Positions 8,055 through 18,266 of a stretch of DNA of 39,030 nucleotides are shown here, in pieces. This DNA is from Sandaracinaceae bacterium (GTDB lineage Bacteria; Myxococcota_A; Polyangia; Polyangiales; Sandaracinaceae), in contig JBGAQA010000046.1 of assembly GCA_044220955.1 (NCBI GenBank), positions 9,872 to 48,901 on the forward strand, given 5' to 3'. The notes beneath the pieces are model-generated. The model did not search any database, was not told where the DNA came from, and saw nothing but the letters and a program-made list of their open reading frames with translations. The translations under genes and the position numbers were made by a program. Numbering within the stretch: the stretch's first letter is position 1; the number at the start of each line of letters is the position of its first letter.

Positions 8055-11000
8055 ATGAAGTCTCGTTCCCGCGCCGCTTCGGCGCTCGTGCTCCTCGCGC
8101 TCGCGCTCGTCCTCTCCTCTCCGTCCCACGACGCCACCGCGCAGGTCAGCACGCCCTACGAGGCGCAGGTCGCCGAGCTCGCGACCGCGGCGCACCGCGC
8201 AGGTCGCGCGGCGCGAGCCATCCTGCCGATCCTCGAGATCTACAGGCAGTGGAACGACGTGCGGCCCTCCGTGACCCTCGCCGCCCTCGAGCGCCTCGCG
8301 GCCGATCGCGCGCTCTCGGTGCCGGTGCGGCAGTACACGGCGCAGCTGCTCGCGCGTGGCCGCCTGCGCGCCGGCGACCCCGCTGCCTCCACGCGCGCGA
8401 TCGACCAGCTCGGCTACATCCGCACCTGGCGCGTGGTCGGGCCCTTCGACAACGAAGGGAAGGCCGGCTTCGCGCGCGTCGAGGACCCGGAGCGCCTGCG
8501 CATGGAGGTGATGGATCCGGACGCTCGCTTCGAGGGTCGCGAGCGGCCCGTCGCGTGGCGCGACTACCCCGACGTGGGGCACTTCGGGTACGTGTCGTTC
8601 GACGCCGTGATGCGGCCCGACACCAACGTGTGCGGCTACGCCGAGACGTGGGTGACGAGCCAGCGGGCCCAGCCGCTCTCCCTCTTCCTCGGCGGCGGCG
8701 GGGCGATCGCGGCGTGGTGGAACGGGCAGGAGGTCCTGCGCGACGCCGCGTACCGCCAGCCCGACCCGGATCGCGCCTCGGTGATGGTCGGCGCCCAGCA
8801 GGGGCCCAACCGCCTGATGGTGAAGGCCTGCGTGTCGTCGAGCACGTGGGGCTTCTACGCGCGGCTGGGCGACGCCACGGGCGCCCCCGCGACGGGCCTG
8901 ACGTATGCGACGACCGGGGACGCGAGCGCGGTGCACGCCTCGAGCGCGCACCTGCCCGCCGCGCCCCAGGCGCCGCTCGCCGCGCTCGAGGCCGCCGCCG
9001 CGGGCGAGCACCCGAGCGCGCAGGCGCTCGAGGATCTCGCGCGGATGCTCGCGTACACCGGCGCCGACGACCCGGCCGAGCAACGCGGCAAGCAGCTCGC
9101 CGAGCGCGCGGCCACGCTGCAGCCGAGCGCCGAGCGCTGGGTGTTCGCCGCGACGCTCGCGACGGCGCGGGGCGACGCGTCACGCTTCGTGGATCGCGCC
9201 GTGGCGCTCGCTCCGGACGACCCTGCGGTCGTGCTCGCGCGCGCACGGCTCGTGCTGGGCGGACCGAGCCCCGAGGACGCGCTCCCCATCCTCGACCGCA
9301 TCGCGCAGGGCTCGACCGAGTGGCTCGACGCTGCCGAGATGCGCGCCGACCTGCTCGAGGATCTCGGTCTCGCCTACGCCTCGCGCGCGGTGCTCGAAGA
9401 CGCCGCGTCCCACGCGCCCGGCGCCCCGCGCTGGATGACGCTGCGCGTGCACGCCGCCGACGCCGTCGGGGCGCGCGACGAGGCGATGACGCTCGCCGCG
9501 GAGGCGCTGGCCGCTCGCTACGACGACCAGTCGATGCGCGAGATCCTCATCGGCGACGCGATCACGCGAGGCGACCAGGACCGCGCGCTCGCGCTCATCG
9601 ACGAGTACCGCTCGCTCGGCAACGATCACACCGGCTACTACGGCCACGTCGCGACGTTCTACGACGCGCTCGGCCGCGAGGACGAGTCGATGGGCATGTA
9701 CCGGCTCGCGCTCGACCTCGCGCCGGAGGACGCGGGCGTCCACGTGTCCTACGCCCACGCGCTCCTGCGGCGCGGGCAGCCGCAGATCGCGATCGAGGAG
9801 CTCCGGCAGGCGCTCGTGCTCCGCCCCCAGGACGCCGAGAGCCGGGAGCTGCTCGAGAGCATCCAGCCCGAGGAGCGCGCCGACGAGGCGTACGCGGTGA
9901 GCGAGGACGATCTGCTCGCGCGCAGGAGCGACGACGCCAGCTACCCGACGCGGATCCTCGAGGAGCTCACCGTCAACACCGTCTTCGACAACGGCCTCGG
10001 CTCGAGCTTCCACCAGGTCGCGGCGCAGATCGTCGACGACCAGGGCGCGCGCGACTGGCGGACGTTCCCGATCCAGTTCGATCCGGACGTGCAGCGCGTC
10101 GCGGTGCGACTCGCCCGCGTCACCCGCGACGGAAGACACCTCGACGCGACGGACTCGTTCGAGCAGCAGCTCGGCGAGCCCTGGTACCGCATCTACTACG
10201 ACACGCGCGCGCTCGTGGTCGTGTTCCCCGACCTCGAGCCGGGCGACATGGTCGAGATCCGCTACCGCATCGACGACGTCGCCGAGCGCAACCTGTTCGA
10301 CGACTACTACGGAGACGTCCACTACCTCGGCGGCCAGACGCCGATCGCGCGCCTCGACTACGTGCTCATGACGCCGAGCGCCCGGAGCTTCTACTTCAAC
10401 ACGCCGGCACTGGCGTCGCTCGCGCACGACACCAGCACGGTCGGCTCGCGCCGCGTCGACCACTTCCACGCCGACGACATCGCGGCGATCCGGAACGAAG
10501 ACAGCATGCCCGGGCAGACCGAGGTCATCCCCTATCTCCACGTGTCGACGTTCCAGAGCTGGGACGACGTCGGCCACTGGTGGTGGGGGCTGGTCCACGA
10601 CCAGCTCTACGCCGACGAGCACCTCACGCAGATCGTGCACGAGCTCACCGACGGCGTGACGGATCTGCGTGAGCGCGTGCAGCGCATCTATCGCTGGGTG
10701 ATCGACAACACGCGCTACGTCGGCCTCGAGTTCGGCATCCACGGGTTTCTGCCGTACCGCGTCCCGCAGATCGTCCAGCGCGGGTTCGGCGACTGCAAGG
10801 ACAAGGCGTCGCTGCTCTACACCATGCTGAGCGCGGCCGGGATCGACGCGCGCCTCGTGCTCGTGCGCACGCGGCACAACGGCGCGATCCACGACCTGCC
10901 GGCGTCGCTCGCGATCTTCGACCACGCCATCGCGTACGTCCCCGAGCTCGACCTCTATCTCGACGGCACGGCCGAGTTCAGCGGCACGACCGACTTCCCG

Positions 11001-11717
11001 CAGATGGACCAGGGCGTCACGGTGCTCGTGGTCGGTCCCGAGGGCGCCGAGCTCCGCCGCTCGCCGCAGCTGCCGCCCGAGCACGACCGCCGGACGCGCC
11101 GCCTCGAGGTGACGATGGCCGCCGACGGCTCGGCGCGCCTCGTGGGAGACGAGGAGATCCGCGGCTCGGAGGCGCCCGGCTACCGCTCGACGTACCAGAC
11201 CGAGGGCACGCGCCACGAGCGCTTCGAGCGGGCGATGCGCGGCATCTTCCCGGGCATCGAGGTCGGCAGTGAGCGCTTCGAGCACCTCACCGAGTTCGAG
11301 GTGCCGGTGACGTACCACTACGAGGCGCGCGTCCCCGTGTTCGGCGTCCGCGACGCCGACGGCCTGCGCGTGCCGGGCTCCGTGCTCGATCAGCTCACCA
11401 CGCTCTTCGCGCGCACCGAGACCCGCCGCTTCGCGCTCGATCTCGGCGGGCGCAGCAGCTACGTCGAGGACCGGACGCTGCACGCACCCGCCGGCTACAC
11501 GATCGGCGCGGTCCCCGAGGGCGGTGTCGCCGACTCGGCGTTCGGCCACTTCGCGATGACGGTCACCCGGAGCGGGACCGACGTCGTCGTGCACACCGAG
11601 CTCTCGCTCGCCGCCGACACGGTGCCGGCCACCGAGTACGCGGCGTACCGCGAGTGGGTCGGCAGAGCGGACACGATCCTGCGAGAGCGCGTCGTGATGA
11701 TCGGAGGTGGGCGATGA
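8055..11717 (+). CDS. Secreted jelly-roll + TPR + DUF3857 + transglutaminase-like (+DUF3858-like) protein, catalytic triad intact
   Basis: ATG 8055 with Sec signal MKSRSRAASALVLLALALVLSS...ATA-Q. WRVVGPFDN...NRLMVK beta-sandwich, TPR helices, FPDLEPGDMVEIRY (DUF3857), RYVGLEFGIHG, GDCKDK (Cys), FDHAI (His), LYLDGT (Asp). Confidence 0.9.
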   Translation: MKSRSRAASALVLLALALVLSSPSHDATAQVSTPYEAQVAELATAAHRAGRAARAILPILEIYRQWNDVRPSVTLAALERLAADRALSVPVRQYTAQLLARGRLRAGDPAASTRAIDQLGYIRTWRVVGPFDNEGKAGFARVEDPERLRMEVMDPDARFEGRERPVAWRDYPDVGHFGYVSFDAVMRPDTNVCGYAETWVTSQRAQPLSLFLGGGGAIAAWWNGQEVLRDAAYRQPDPDRASVMVGAQQGPNRLMVKACVSSSTWGFYARLGDATGAPATGLTYATTGDASAVHASSAHLPAAPQAPLAALEAAAAGEHPSAQALEDLARMLAYTGADDPAEQRGKQLAERAATLQPSAERWVFAATLATARGDASRFVDRAVALAPDDPAVVLARARLVLGGPSPEDALPILDRIAQGSTEWLDAAEMRADLLEDLGLAYASRAVLEDAASHAPGAPRWMTLRVHAADAVGARDEAMTLAAEALAARYDDQSMREILIGDAITRGDQDRALALIDEYRSLGNDHTGYYGHVATFYDALGREDESMGMYRLALDLAPEDAGVHVSYAHALLRRGQPQIAIEELRQALVLRPQDAESRELLESIQPEERADEAYAVSEDDLLARRSDDASYPTRILEELTVNTVFDNGLGSSFHQVAAQIVDDQGARDWRTFPIQFDPDVQRVAVRLARVTRDGRHLDATDSFEQQLGEPWYRIYYDTRALVVVFPDLEPGDMVEIRYRIDDVAERNLFDDYYGDVHYLGGQTPIARLDYVLMTPSARSFYFNTPALASLAHDTSTVGSRRVDHFHADDIAAIRNEDSMPGQTEVIPYLHVSTFQSWDDVGHWWWGLVHDQLYADEHLTQIVHELTDGVTDLRERVQRIYRWVIDNTRYVGLEFGIHGFLPYRVPQIVQRGFGDCKDKASLLYTMLSAAGIDARLVLVRTRHNGAIHDLPASLAIFDHAIAYVPELDLYLDGTAEFSGTTDFPQMDQGVTVLVVGPEGAELRRSPQLPPEHDRRTRRLEVTMAADGSARLVGDEEIRGSEAPGYRSTYQTEGTRHERFERAMRGIFPGIEVGSERFEHLTEFEVPVTYHYEARVPVFGVRDADGLRVPGSVLDQLTTLFARTETRRFALDLGGRSSYVEDRTLHAPAGYTIGAVPEGGVADSAFGHFAMTVTRSGTDVVVHTELSLAADTVPATEYAAYREWVGRADTILRERVVMIGGGR

Positions 11718-14700
11718 GCCGCTCCCACATCGCGCTCGCACTCCTGATCGCGGTCGCGCTGGGCGGCTGCCCCGTGAGCACCGGCACCACGCCGCACGCC
11801 CTCGGCATCGACGATCTGCGCCGGCGCGCCGCCGAGCGCCCGCTGGACCCGGACGCGGTCTACGCGCTCGCCGAGGGCGAGCTGCTGGCCCCCGCGGGCG
11901 ACGCCAGCGCCGCGCGCGCGGCGATCGATCGCGCCCTCGCCCTGCGACCCGACGACCCGCGCACGTTCTTCCTCTCGGCGCTCGAGCACAACATGCACGG
12001 ACGACTCGGCGCGGGGCTGGAGGCCGTGCTGCGCGTGGTGGAGACCAGCGCGTCGAGCGGCGACCCGCGCGCAGCCGAGCTCGCCGAGGCGGCCGCGAGC
12101 GCCATCTCCGACTACGACGGCTCGGTCGCCGACTTCGGCACGATCGTCCGCGCCCGGATGTCGCCGATCGTCGAGCACCCCGGCAGCGCCGGCAGCGCCG
12201 CCCGCTTCACGCTCTCGCAGCTCTTGATCGAGCTCGCCTACCGCGAGGGCGACGTCGCGCGCGTGCGCGCGCTGGCCGCCAGCGTCGGCTGCCAGACCGA
12301 GTACCGCGTCGCCGGGCCCTTCGGTCACCGCGCGCTGCTCGGCTTCGATCAGGCGCTCGCGCCCGAGCAGACCGGCCCTCTAGCGGAGAGCTACGACCTC
12401 GGCCCGGCGCGGCGGACGCGCGCGACGCGCGCCATCGAGACGGCCGGCTGCGCGCTCCACATGGGCAACGGGCCCGTGGGTGGCTCGGGCGTGACGTACG
12501 CCGAGACGACGATCGACGTCCCCGCCGCCGCCACGTACCTCGTGCGGCTCGAGACGCCCAACGCGGTCGAGCTCTTCGTCGACGACACCTCGGTCGCTCG
12601 CGTCGATCGCCGCGTGGAGCTCGTCCCGCGCACGACGTGGCACGAGGTCGCGCTGGACGCGGGCGCGCACCGCCTGATGGTGAAGGTCGGCTCGCGTCAC
12701 CCGAACCCGCTCCTCATCCTCGCCGCCTTCCCCGGAGAGGCGCGCGGCGCGCTGCCGGACGGCGAGCGCCCGGCCACGCTCGGGACGGACGGCTACTTCG
12801 AGCGCATGCTGAGCGCGGCGGTCCACATCGCGCGCAGCGACTACGTCTCGGCCCGCGAGACGCTCGCGCCCATGACCGCCGGCGACGATGCAGCGGTCAT
12901 CCCCCTGGTCGTCGCGAGCACCGTCGCGATGGCCGACCCGATCCGCGGCAGCGCGCTCGGCAGCGAGGACGCGCGGCGCTACCTCGAGGTCGCCGAGGAG
13001 CGCGACGACACGGCCTGGTATCCCCGCTTCCAGCTGCTCGTGCTCGACGCGCTCGGTGGTCGCGTGCGCGAGGCGCTCCCGGGGCTTCGCACGGCCGAGA
13101 CGGACTTCCCCGAGGTGCCTCTGTTCCCGATCACCCTCGCGCAGATCCTCCAGCGCGCCGGGTGGCAGGAGCAGGCGGACGCCGAGATCGCCGCGCTGCT
13201 CGCGCGCGCGCCGCGCTCCTGTGCCGCGATCTCGGCGACGCTCGAGGCGGCGGTGCGCCGCAGCCACGAGGGCGAGGCCGCCCCGCTCGCCGAGCGGATC
13301 GTCACGGAGTGCGACGCGAGGAGCGACGCACGCCTGCAGCACTTCGTGCGACAGCGACGCTGGGACGACGCGAGCGGCGAGCTGGCGCGCCTGGCCGCGC
13401 TCGAGCCCGACACCCACCGCTACCAGGTGCTCGACGGCCGGCTCACGCTGGCGCGCGCGCGGGGCGATCGCGCGGCGACCGAGCAGATCCTCGGACAGCT
13501 CGAGCAGCTGATGCCGCAGTCGCTGAGCGTCGTCACCATGCAGGCCGATCTCGCGCTCGCCACGGGCCACCGGGACGCCGCGGCCGAGCGCTTCGCGCGC
13601 GCGCACCGTGAGGAGCCCGAGTCGATGGCGGACCTGTTCCGCATCGAGCGTGCCGTGCTCGGCGTGAGCCCGCTCGAGTCCTACCGGCGCGATGGCGCCG
13701 CGGTGATCCGCGAGTTCGAGGCGTCGGGCCATCACTACGAGGCGCCGCGCGTGCTCGTGCTCGACTACACGGTCACGCGCCTGTTCCCGGACGGCTCGAT
13801 CCTCGAGCTCACGCACAACATCATCCGGGTGCAGTCCGACGAGGCGGCCGAGCAGGAAGGGCAGTTCACGCCGCCCGAGGGCGCACAGCTCTTGACGCTG
13901 CGCACGGTGAAGGCCGACGGCACGCGGCTCGAGCCCGACCAGATCGCCGGCCTCGAGCACATCGAGCTACCGAACGTGGCCGTCGGCGACTACGTCGAGT
14001 TCGAGTACCTGCGCACCGAGCCGGCACCCGCGGCGTACGGCGGCGGCGCGACGGGCGAGCGCTTCTACTTCCGGAACTACGAGACGCCCTTCGAGTCGTC
14101 GAGCCTGACGCTCGTCGCGCCGCGCGACATGGAGATCGCCGTGGACCCACGCGGCGAGGCGCCGGCGACCGAGACCCACGACGACGGAGAGCTGCGCGTC
14201 TACCGCTGGGCCGTCCACCAGAGCGAGCCCTTCGTGCGCGAGCCGAGCACCGTGTCGCCGACCGAGTTCTTCCCGTCGATCCTCTGGGGCTACCGCGCGG
14301 ACTGGTCGTCGTACGTCGACAGCCTGCGTGACGTGCTCGCCGACCGCGAGGTCCGGGATCCGGCGGCGCAGCGCCTCGTGCACGAGATCGCGTCCCCCGA
14401 CGGCGCGACGACCGCCGAGCAGCGCGCCGCGCGCCTCTACGAGTGGGTGATGGAGGAGATCGAGGAGTCGAGCAGCGCGCTCTTCGAGCAGGCAGGGACG
14501 ATGGTCGCGGCGCGCACGGGCAGCCGCGCGAGGGTGCTCCTCTATCTCTTGCACCTCGCCGGCATCGAGGCCGAGCTCGCCCTGGTCCGCGACTTCGGAG
14601 CCGACGCGACGGACAGTCCGGTGCCGGAGGACGAGCGCTACGGCTCGCTCCTCATCCGCATGCACGGCACGGAGGGCCCGGTCTGGGTGGCGACGGGTCA

Positions 14701-15445
14701 GCGAGGCGCCCCCTTCGGCACGATCCCGCCGAACCTGCGCGGCATGGACGCGCTCGTCCTGAACGCGAGCGCCGAGCGAGCCACCGTGTCGATGCCGCCG
14801 ATCGAGGCCGACCTGAGGACGGTCGAGGTCGATGCGACGCTCGACGAGGACGGCGACGCGCGCTTCGACGTGCAGGAGACCTTCCGCGGCGCGGGCGCGG
14901 CGATGTGGCGCACGCAGCTCGAGGGCGTGCCGGCCGCGAACCTCGAGGACGCCTTCGACGAAGGCTACGTCTCGCGGATCCTCCCGGGCGCGCACATGAC
15001 GAGCCTGCGGATCACGGGGCGCGAGGAGCACGACCAGCCGCTCGTGCTGCACTACGAGTTCGAGGTGGAAGGCCTCGGGCACGTCGCGGGGGGCCGTCGC
15101 ATGCTGCCGGCGCTCATCCCGACGCAGCTGACCAGCGCGTTCGCGCGCCTCGCGAGCCGCGCCACGGTGCAGGTCGTCTCACCCTCGCTCGCGCTCGACG
15201 TCGCCGTGCGCGTCCACGTCCCCGCGGGCGCCGAGGTCGGGTCCCTGCCGGACGCGCAGGCGGAGATGGGAGGACCGAACGGCGCCACGGCCAGCTACGT
15301 CACGACGCGCACGGACGACGGCTTCACGCTCGAGCGCCACGTGCGCGTCCCGCGCATGCGCATCACGCCCGGCGAGTACGCCGCCTTCGCCGGCTTCTGC
15401 CGCGAGGCCGACGCGCTCGAGGGCCACGAGATCAGCATCGAGTAG
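11714..15445 (+). CDS. Lipoprotein paralog: jelly-roll + TPR + DUF3857 + degenerate transglutaminase-like domain
   Basis: ATGA overlap with the previous stop; GGAGG RBS; lipobox VALGGC; YRVAGPF...HRLMVKV; LPNVAVGDYVEFEY. The triad-equivalent positions read GSRARV, YGSLLI and VWVATG. Confidence 0.88.
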   Translation: MSRSHIALALLIAVALGGCPVSTGTTPHALGIDDLRRRAAERPLDPDAVYALAEGELLAPAGDASAARAAIDRALALRPDDPRTFFLSALEHNMHGRLGAGLEAVLRVVETSASSGDPRAAELAEAAASAISDYDGSVADFGTIVRARMSPIVEHPGSAGSAARFTLSQLLIELAYREGDVARVRALAASVGCQTEYRVAGPFGHRALLGFDQALAPEQTGPLAESYDLGPARRTRATRAIETAGCALHMGNGPVGGSGVTYAETTIDVPAAATYLVRLETPNAVELFVDDTSVARVDRRVELVPRTTWHEVALDAGAHRLMVKVGSRHPNPLLILAAFPGEARGALPDGERPATLGTDGYFERMLSAAVHIARSDYVSARETLAPMTAGDDAAVIPLVVASTVAMADPIRGSALGSEDARRYLEVAEERDDTAWYPRFQLLVLDALGGRVREALPGLRTAETDFPEVPLFPITLAQILQRAGWQEQADAEIAALLARAPRSCAAISATLEAAVRRSHEGEAAPLAERIVTECDARSDARLQHFVRQRRWDDASGELARLAALEPDTHRYQVLDGRLTLARARGDRAATEQILGQLEQLMPQSLSVVTMQADLALATGHRDAAAERFARAHREEPESMADLFRIERAVLGVSPLESYRRDGAAVIREFEASGHHYEAPRVLVLDYTVTRLFPDGSILELTHNIIRVQSDEAAEQEGQFTPPEGAQLLTLRTVKADGTRLEPDQIAGLEHIELPNVAVGDYVEFEYLRTEPAPAAYGGGATGERFYFRNYETPFESSSLTLVAPRDMEIAVDPRGEAPATETHDDGELRVYRWAVHQSEPFVREPSTVSPTEFFPSILWGYRADWSSYVDSLRDVLADREVRDPAAQRLVHEIASPDGATTAEQRAARLYEWVMEEIEESSSALFEQAGTMVAARTGSRARVLLYLLHLAGIEAELALVRDFGADATDSPVPEDERYGSLLIRMHGTEGPVWVATGQRGAPFGTIPPNLRGMDALVLNASAERATVSMPPIEADLRTVEVDATLDEDGDARFDVQETFRGAGAAMWRTQLEGVPAANLEDAFDEGYVSRILPGAHMTSLRITGREEHDQPLVLHYEFEVEGLGHVAGGRRMLPALIPTQLTSAFARLASRATVQVVSPSLALDVAVRVHVPAGAEVGSLPDAQAEMGGPNGATASYVTTRTDDGFTLERHVRVPRMRITPGEYAAFAGFCREADALEGHEISIE

Positions 15446-15592
15446 CGGGGTCACTCCACACCCATCCAAGTCATCGAATTCACACGGTTCCGGCGGCTAG
15501 TTGCGCAAGACAGAATTGCCGAAAGTGTATTGCGCATCTACCCGCCGGTCCCTAATGATTCCAGGTAGTTGAGACCCCGTGGAGTGACCCCG
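15446..15592. repeat. 147-bp imperfect palindrome with perfect 14-bp terminal inverted repeats
   Basis: cggggtcactccac (15446-15459) is the exact reverse complement of gtggagtgaccccg (15579-15592). Inner arm 15490-15508 pairs with 15530-15548 at 17/19 on the same symmetry axis. Confidence 0.9.
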
Positions 15593-15649
15593 GGGGGACC
15601 CCGGGGGGCTGCTCTTTCGCGGCCCGATCGTTTCCGGTAGAAACCCGAC

Positions 15650-17725
15650 GTGCGGATCGACGTCGCCGACCCGGGATCGGAGCGCCTCGCCGTCGTCGCG
15701 GCGCTCGTGGGCGCGGGCTTCGACGTGGCGACCTGCGAGCTGCGCGACGTGGACAAGACGCGCGCCGATCTGCTCGTGCTCGCGGCCGACGCCCCCGACG
15801 CGCTGAAGATGCTGCGCCGGCTGCGTGACGATGGGCGGCGGCCCGACGTGCCCGTGATCCTGCTGGGCACCCCCGAAGGCACGACGCCGATCCCCGAGGG
15901 GCCCGCGTTCGGTGCCGAGCTCGTGCTCTGCCGGCCGGTCGACGAGACCCACCTCGTCGAGGGCGCGCGCCGCCTGCTCCGCGAGCGTCGCGCCGAGCGC
16001 TCGATCGTCGAGCGCGTGCCGGAGCACACCCTCGAGCTGCGCGAGCGCGAGCCCCGCGACCAGGACGAGGGCGAGCGCGACGACCCGAGCGGCGTCTCGG
16101 CCATCCGATCGATGGATCTCGAGCCGTCCGACGAGGGCGACCACGGCGGCGGCGACGAGCGCGACGACCGCAAGTCCGCACCGGCGGCGCGCCCCTCCTC
16201 ACCCCCCTCCCCCACCGGGATCTCGCAGATCGAGCGCCGCTCGGAGATCCCCCTGAGCGCGGTGACCACCGGGTCCGGGTCCGTCCCGGGCAGCACCGCG
16301 GACTTCGCACAGGCCGCCATCTCGGACTCGCTGCGCGCGCTGCTCGCGGCCGCCGACCGACGCGTCTTCCCCGGCCTCGCCGCGATCGACGTCTCGATTC
16401 CCGCGGGTGAGGCCTCGGCGCGCGAGCTGGTGCCGGACGAGCTCTTCGACGACGCCAGCCCCGACGCGGAGGGCGAGGACGAGGGCCTGTTCGTCGTCGC
16501 GCCGCTCGCTTCGGTCCTGGGCGCGTCGGTCTCCTCCGCGCCGCCGCGCGCCGCGCGGCCGCCGAGCGATCCCCCCGCCGAGCGAGAGAAGAAGACGTCG
16601 CCCGGCACGCCGCTCAGCCTCGGGGCGGGCTTCAAGCTGCCCAACCCGCTGCCGCCGCGCGCAGAGGCCCTCGCTTCGATCCCGATGGACGAGGCGCTCG
16701 GACCCCTCGACGCCGCCGACGTTCGCCGCCTCGCGATCCTTCCCGGCGCGATGATCCGCGCGCTCGCCGCGATCGTCCTCGGGCGCGCGTCGGTACGCGC
16801 GATCGTGACCTCGCCCGCGCTCGACGCCGAGCTCACGTTCTCGCGCGGCGAGCTCGCGAGGGTTGCCGGCCCCGTCGCGCGCCTCGCGCTCGAAAGGATG
16901 GGGCGGACGGCCGCGGACGAGCCCTCGGCACGCGCGCGGCTGACGATGGGGGTCGAGCGCGGCGAGCTCTCGAGCGCGGCCGAGGCGCTCGCGCTCGCGC
17001 GCGGCGAGCGCGATCTGCTCGCGCGCGTGGCGCTCGCGACGTCGGGCGAGGCCGTGTTCCACGCCGCACGCGACGAGGACGTCCCGGCGCGCCTCGGCCC
17101 GACGGCGCGGCTGCTCGGCTCGATCGGTGCCGGAGCGCGCGGCGCGTGTGTCGACGCCCTCCTCGCCCCCCTGGGCGCCAACGGACGGCTCGACGCGACA
17201 CGCGCGCTCGGCGGCGTCGTCGCCGCGCTCGGCGTCGACGCCGATCTGGCGCGCTTCTTCGAGGCGCGAGAGGACGGCGTGCTCCGTCTCGAGCTCGCCC
17301 GCGCGTCCCGCCTCGCCGCCGAGCTCCCCGGCGTCGCCGCGCTGCTGGTCGCCGCGGGCGCGCTCACCATCACCCCCGGTCGGGCCGAGGTGGCCGAGGT
17401 CGACGTGCGCGCGATCGAGCTGGTGCTGCGGGAGCACGCGGCGCGCGCGGACGACGCCGACTACTTCACCATCCTCGGCGTCCGCGATGACGCCACGCCG
17501 ACCGACATCGCCGCCGCGCACGACGGTCGCAGCACGATGCTGCGCACGCTACCCCTCGAGGAGCTCGGGCTGGGCGCGCTCGCGCCCCTGCGCGCGGCGG
17601 CCCTGGCCGCGCTCGACGAGGCCCGGGAGTGCCTCGCGGACGACGCCCTGCGTTCCCGCTATGCCCGAGCCCTCGCCGCGGGATCCCCCGGTGGGGCGGG
17701 TGCCGCTCCGTCCGGCGCGGTGTAA
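15650..17725 (+). CDS. Pseudo-receiver + acidic/Pro-rich linker + DUF4388-like region + C-terminal J-domain-like protein
   Basis: N-terminal receiver fold pattern (ADLLVLA...DVPVILLG...FGAELVLCRPVD); ELTFSRGELARV; C-terminal DYFTILGVRDDAT...LDEARECLADDALRSRY. Confidence 0.75.
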   Translation: MRIDVADPGSERLAVVAALVGAGFDVATCELRDVDKTRADLLVLAADAPDALKMLRRLRDDGRRPDVPVILLGTPEGTTPIPEGPAFGAELVLCRPVDETHLVEGARRLLRERRAERSIVERVPEHTLELREREPRDQDEGERDDPSGVSAIRSMDLEPSDEGDHGGGDERDDRKSAPAARPSSPPSPTGISQIERRSEIPLSAVTTGSGSVPGSTADFAQAAISDSLRALLAAADRRVFPGLAAIDVSIPAGEASARELVPDELFDDASPDAEGEDEGLFVVAPLASVLGASVSSAPPRAARPPSDPPAEREKKTSPGTPLSLGAGFKLPNPLPPRAEALASIPMDEALGPLDAADVRRLAILPGAMIRALAAIVLGRASVRAIVTSPALDAELTFSRGELARVAGPVARLALERMGRTAADEPSARARLTMGVERGELSSAAEALALARGERDLLARVALATSGEAVFHAARDEDVPARLGPTARLLGSIGAGARGACVDALLAPLGANGRLDATRALGGVVAALGVDADLARFFEAREDGVLRLELARASRLAAELPGVAALLVAAGALTITPGRAEVAEVDVRAIELVLREHAARADDADYFTILGVRDDATPTDIAAAHDGRSTMLRTLPLEELGLGALAPLRAAALAALDEARECLADDALRSRYARALAAGSPGGAGAAPSGAV

Positions 17726-17741
17726 GTTCACGGGCGAGACG

Positions 17742-18257
17742 ATGGCGATCCGCAAGATCCTCCACTACCCCGACAAGCGCCTCCGCACGCCCGGGGCGAA
17801 GGTCGAGACGTTCGACGCGGCGCTGCACGCGCTGATCGACGACATGGCCGAGACGATGTACGCCGCGCCGGGTGTCGGCCTGGCCGCCCCGCAGATCGGC
17901 GAGAGCAAGCGGCTCTTCATCGTGGACATCGCGACGGGCGAGGACGAGCCGAGCGACCTCCGCGTGTTCGTGAACCCGGAGATCGTCGAGCGACACGGCG
18001 ACATCACCTGGGAAGAAGGCTGCCTCTCGTTCCCGGGCATCCACGAGGAGATCGACCGCAGCGAGCGCATCAAGGTCCGCGCGCAGGATCGCGACGGCAA
18101 GAGCTTCGAGCTCGAGGCCGAGGGCCTGCTCGCCGTGGCGATCCAGCACGAGCTCGACCACCTCGACGGCAAGCTCATGGTGGACCACCTCGGGATGCTG
18201 CGACGCCGCGTGGTGCACCGCGAGATGACGAAGCGCGCGCCCGAAGCCGCCGAGTAG
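17742..18257 (+). CDS. def: Peptide deformylase
   Basis: MAIRKILHYPD start; GVGLAAPQIG, EGCLSFPG and QHELDHLDG motifs. Confidence 0.98.
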   Translation: MAIRKILHYPDKRLRTPGAKVETFDAALHALIDDMAETMYAAPGVGLAAPQIGESKRLFIVDIATGEDEPSDLRVFVNPEIVERHGDITWEEGCLSFPGIHEEIDRSERIKVRAQDRDGKSFELEAEGLLAVAIQHELDHLDGKLMVDHLGMLRRRVVHREMTKRAPEAAE

Positions 18258-18266
18258 CGCGACCGG

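Noticed and set aside
15446..15592. 6S RNA, tRNA or attC/dif identity for the long palindrome
   Set aside because: No recognisable conserved motifs, no cloverleaf and no integrase nearby; kept only as an unclassified dyad element.
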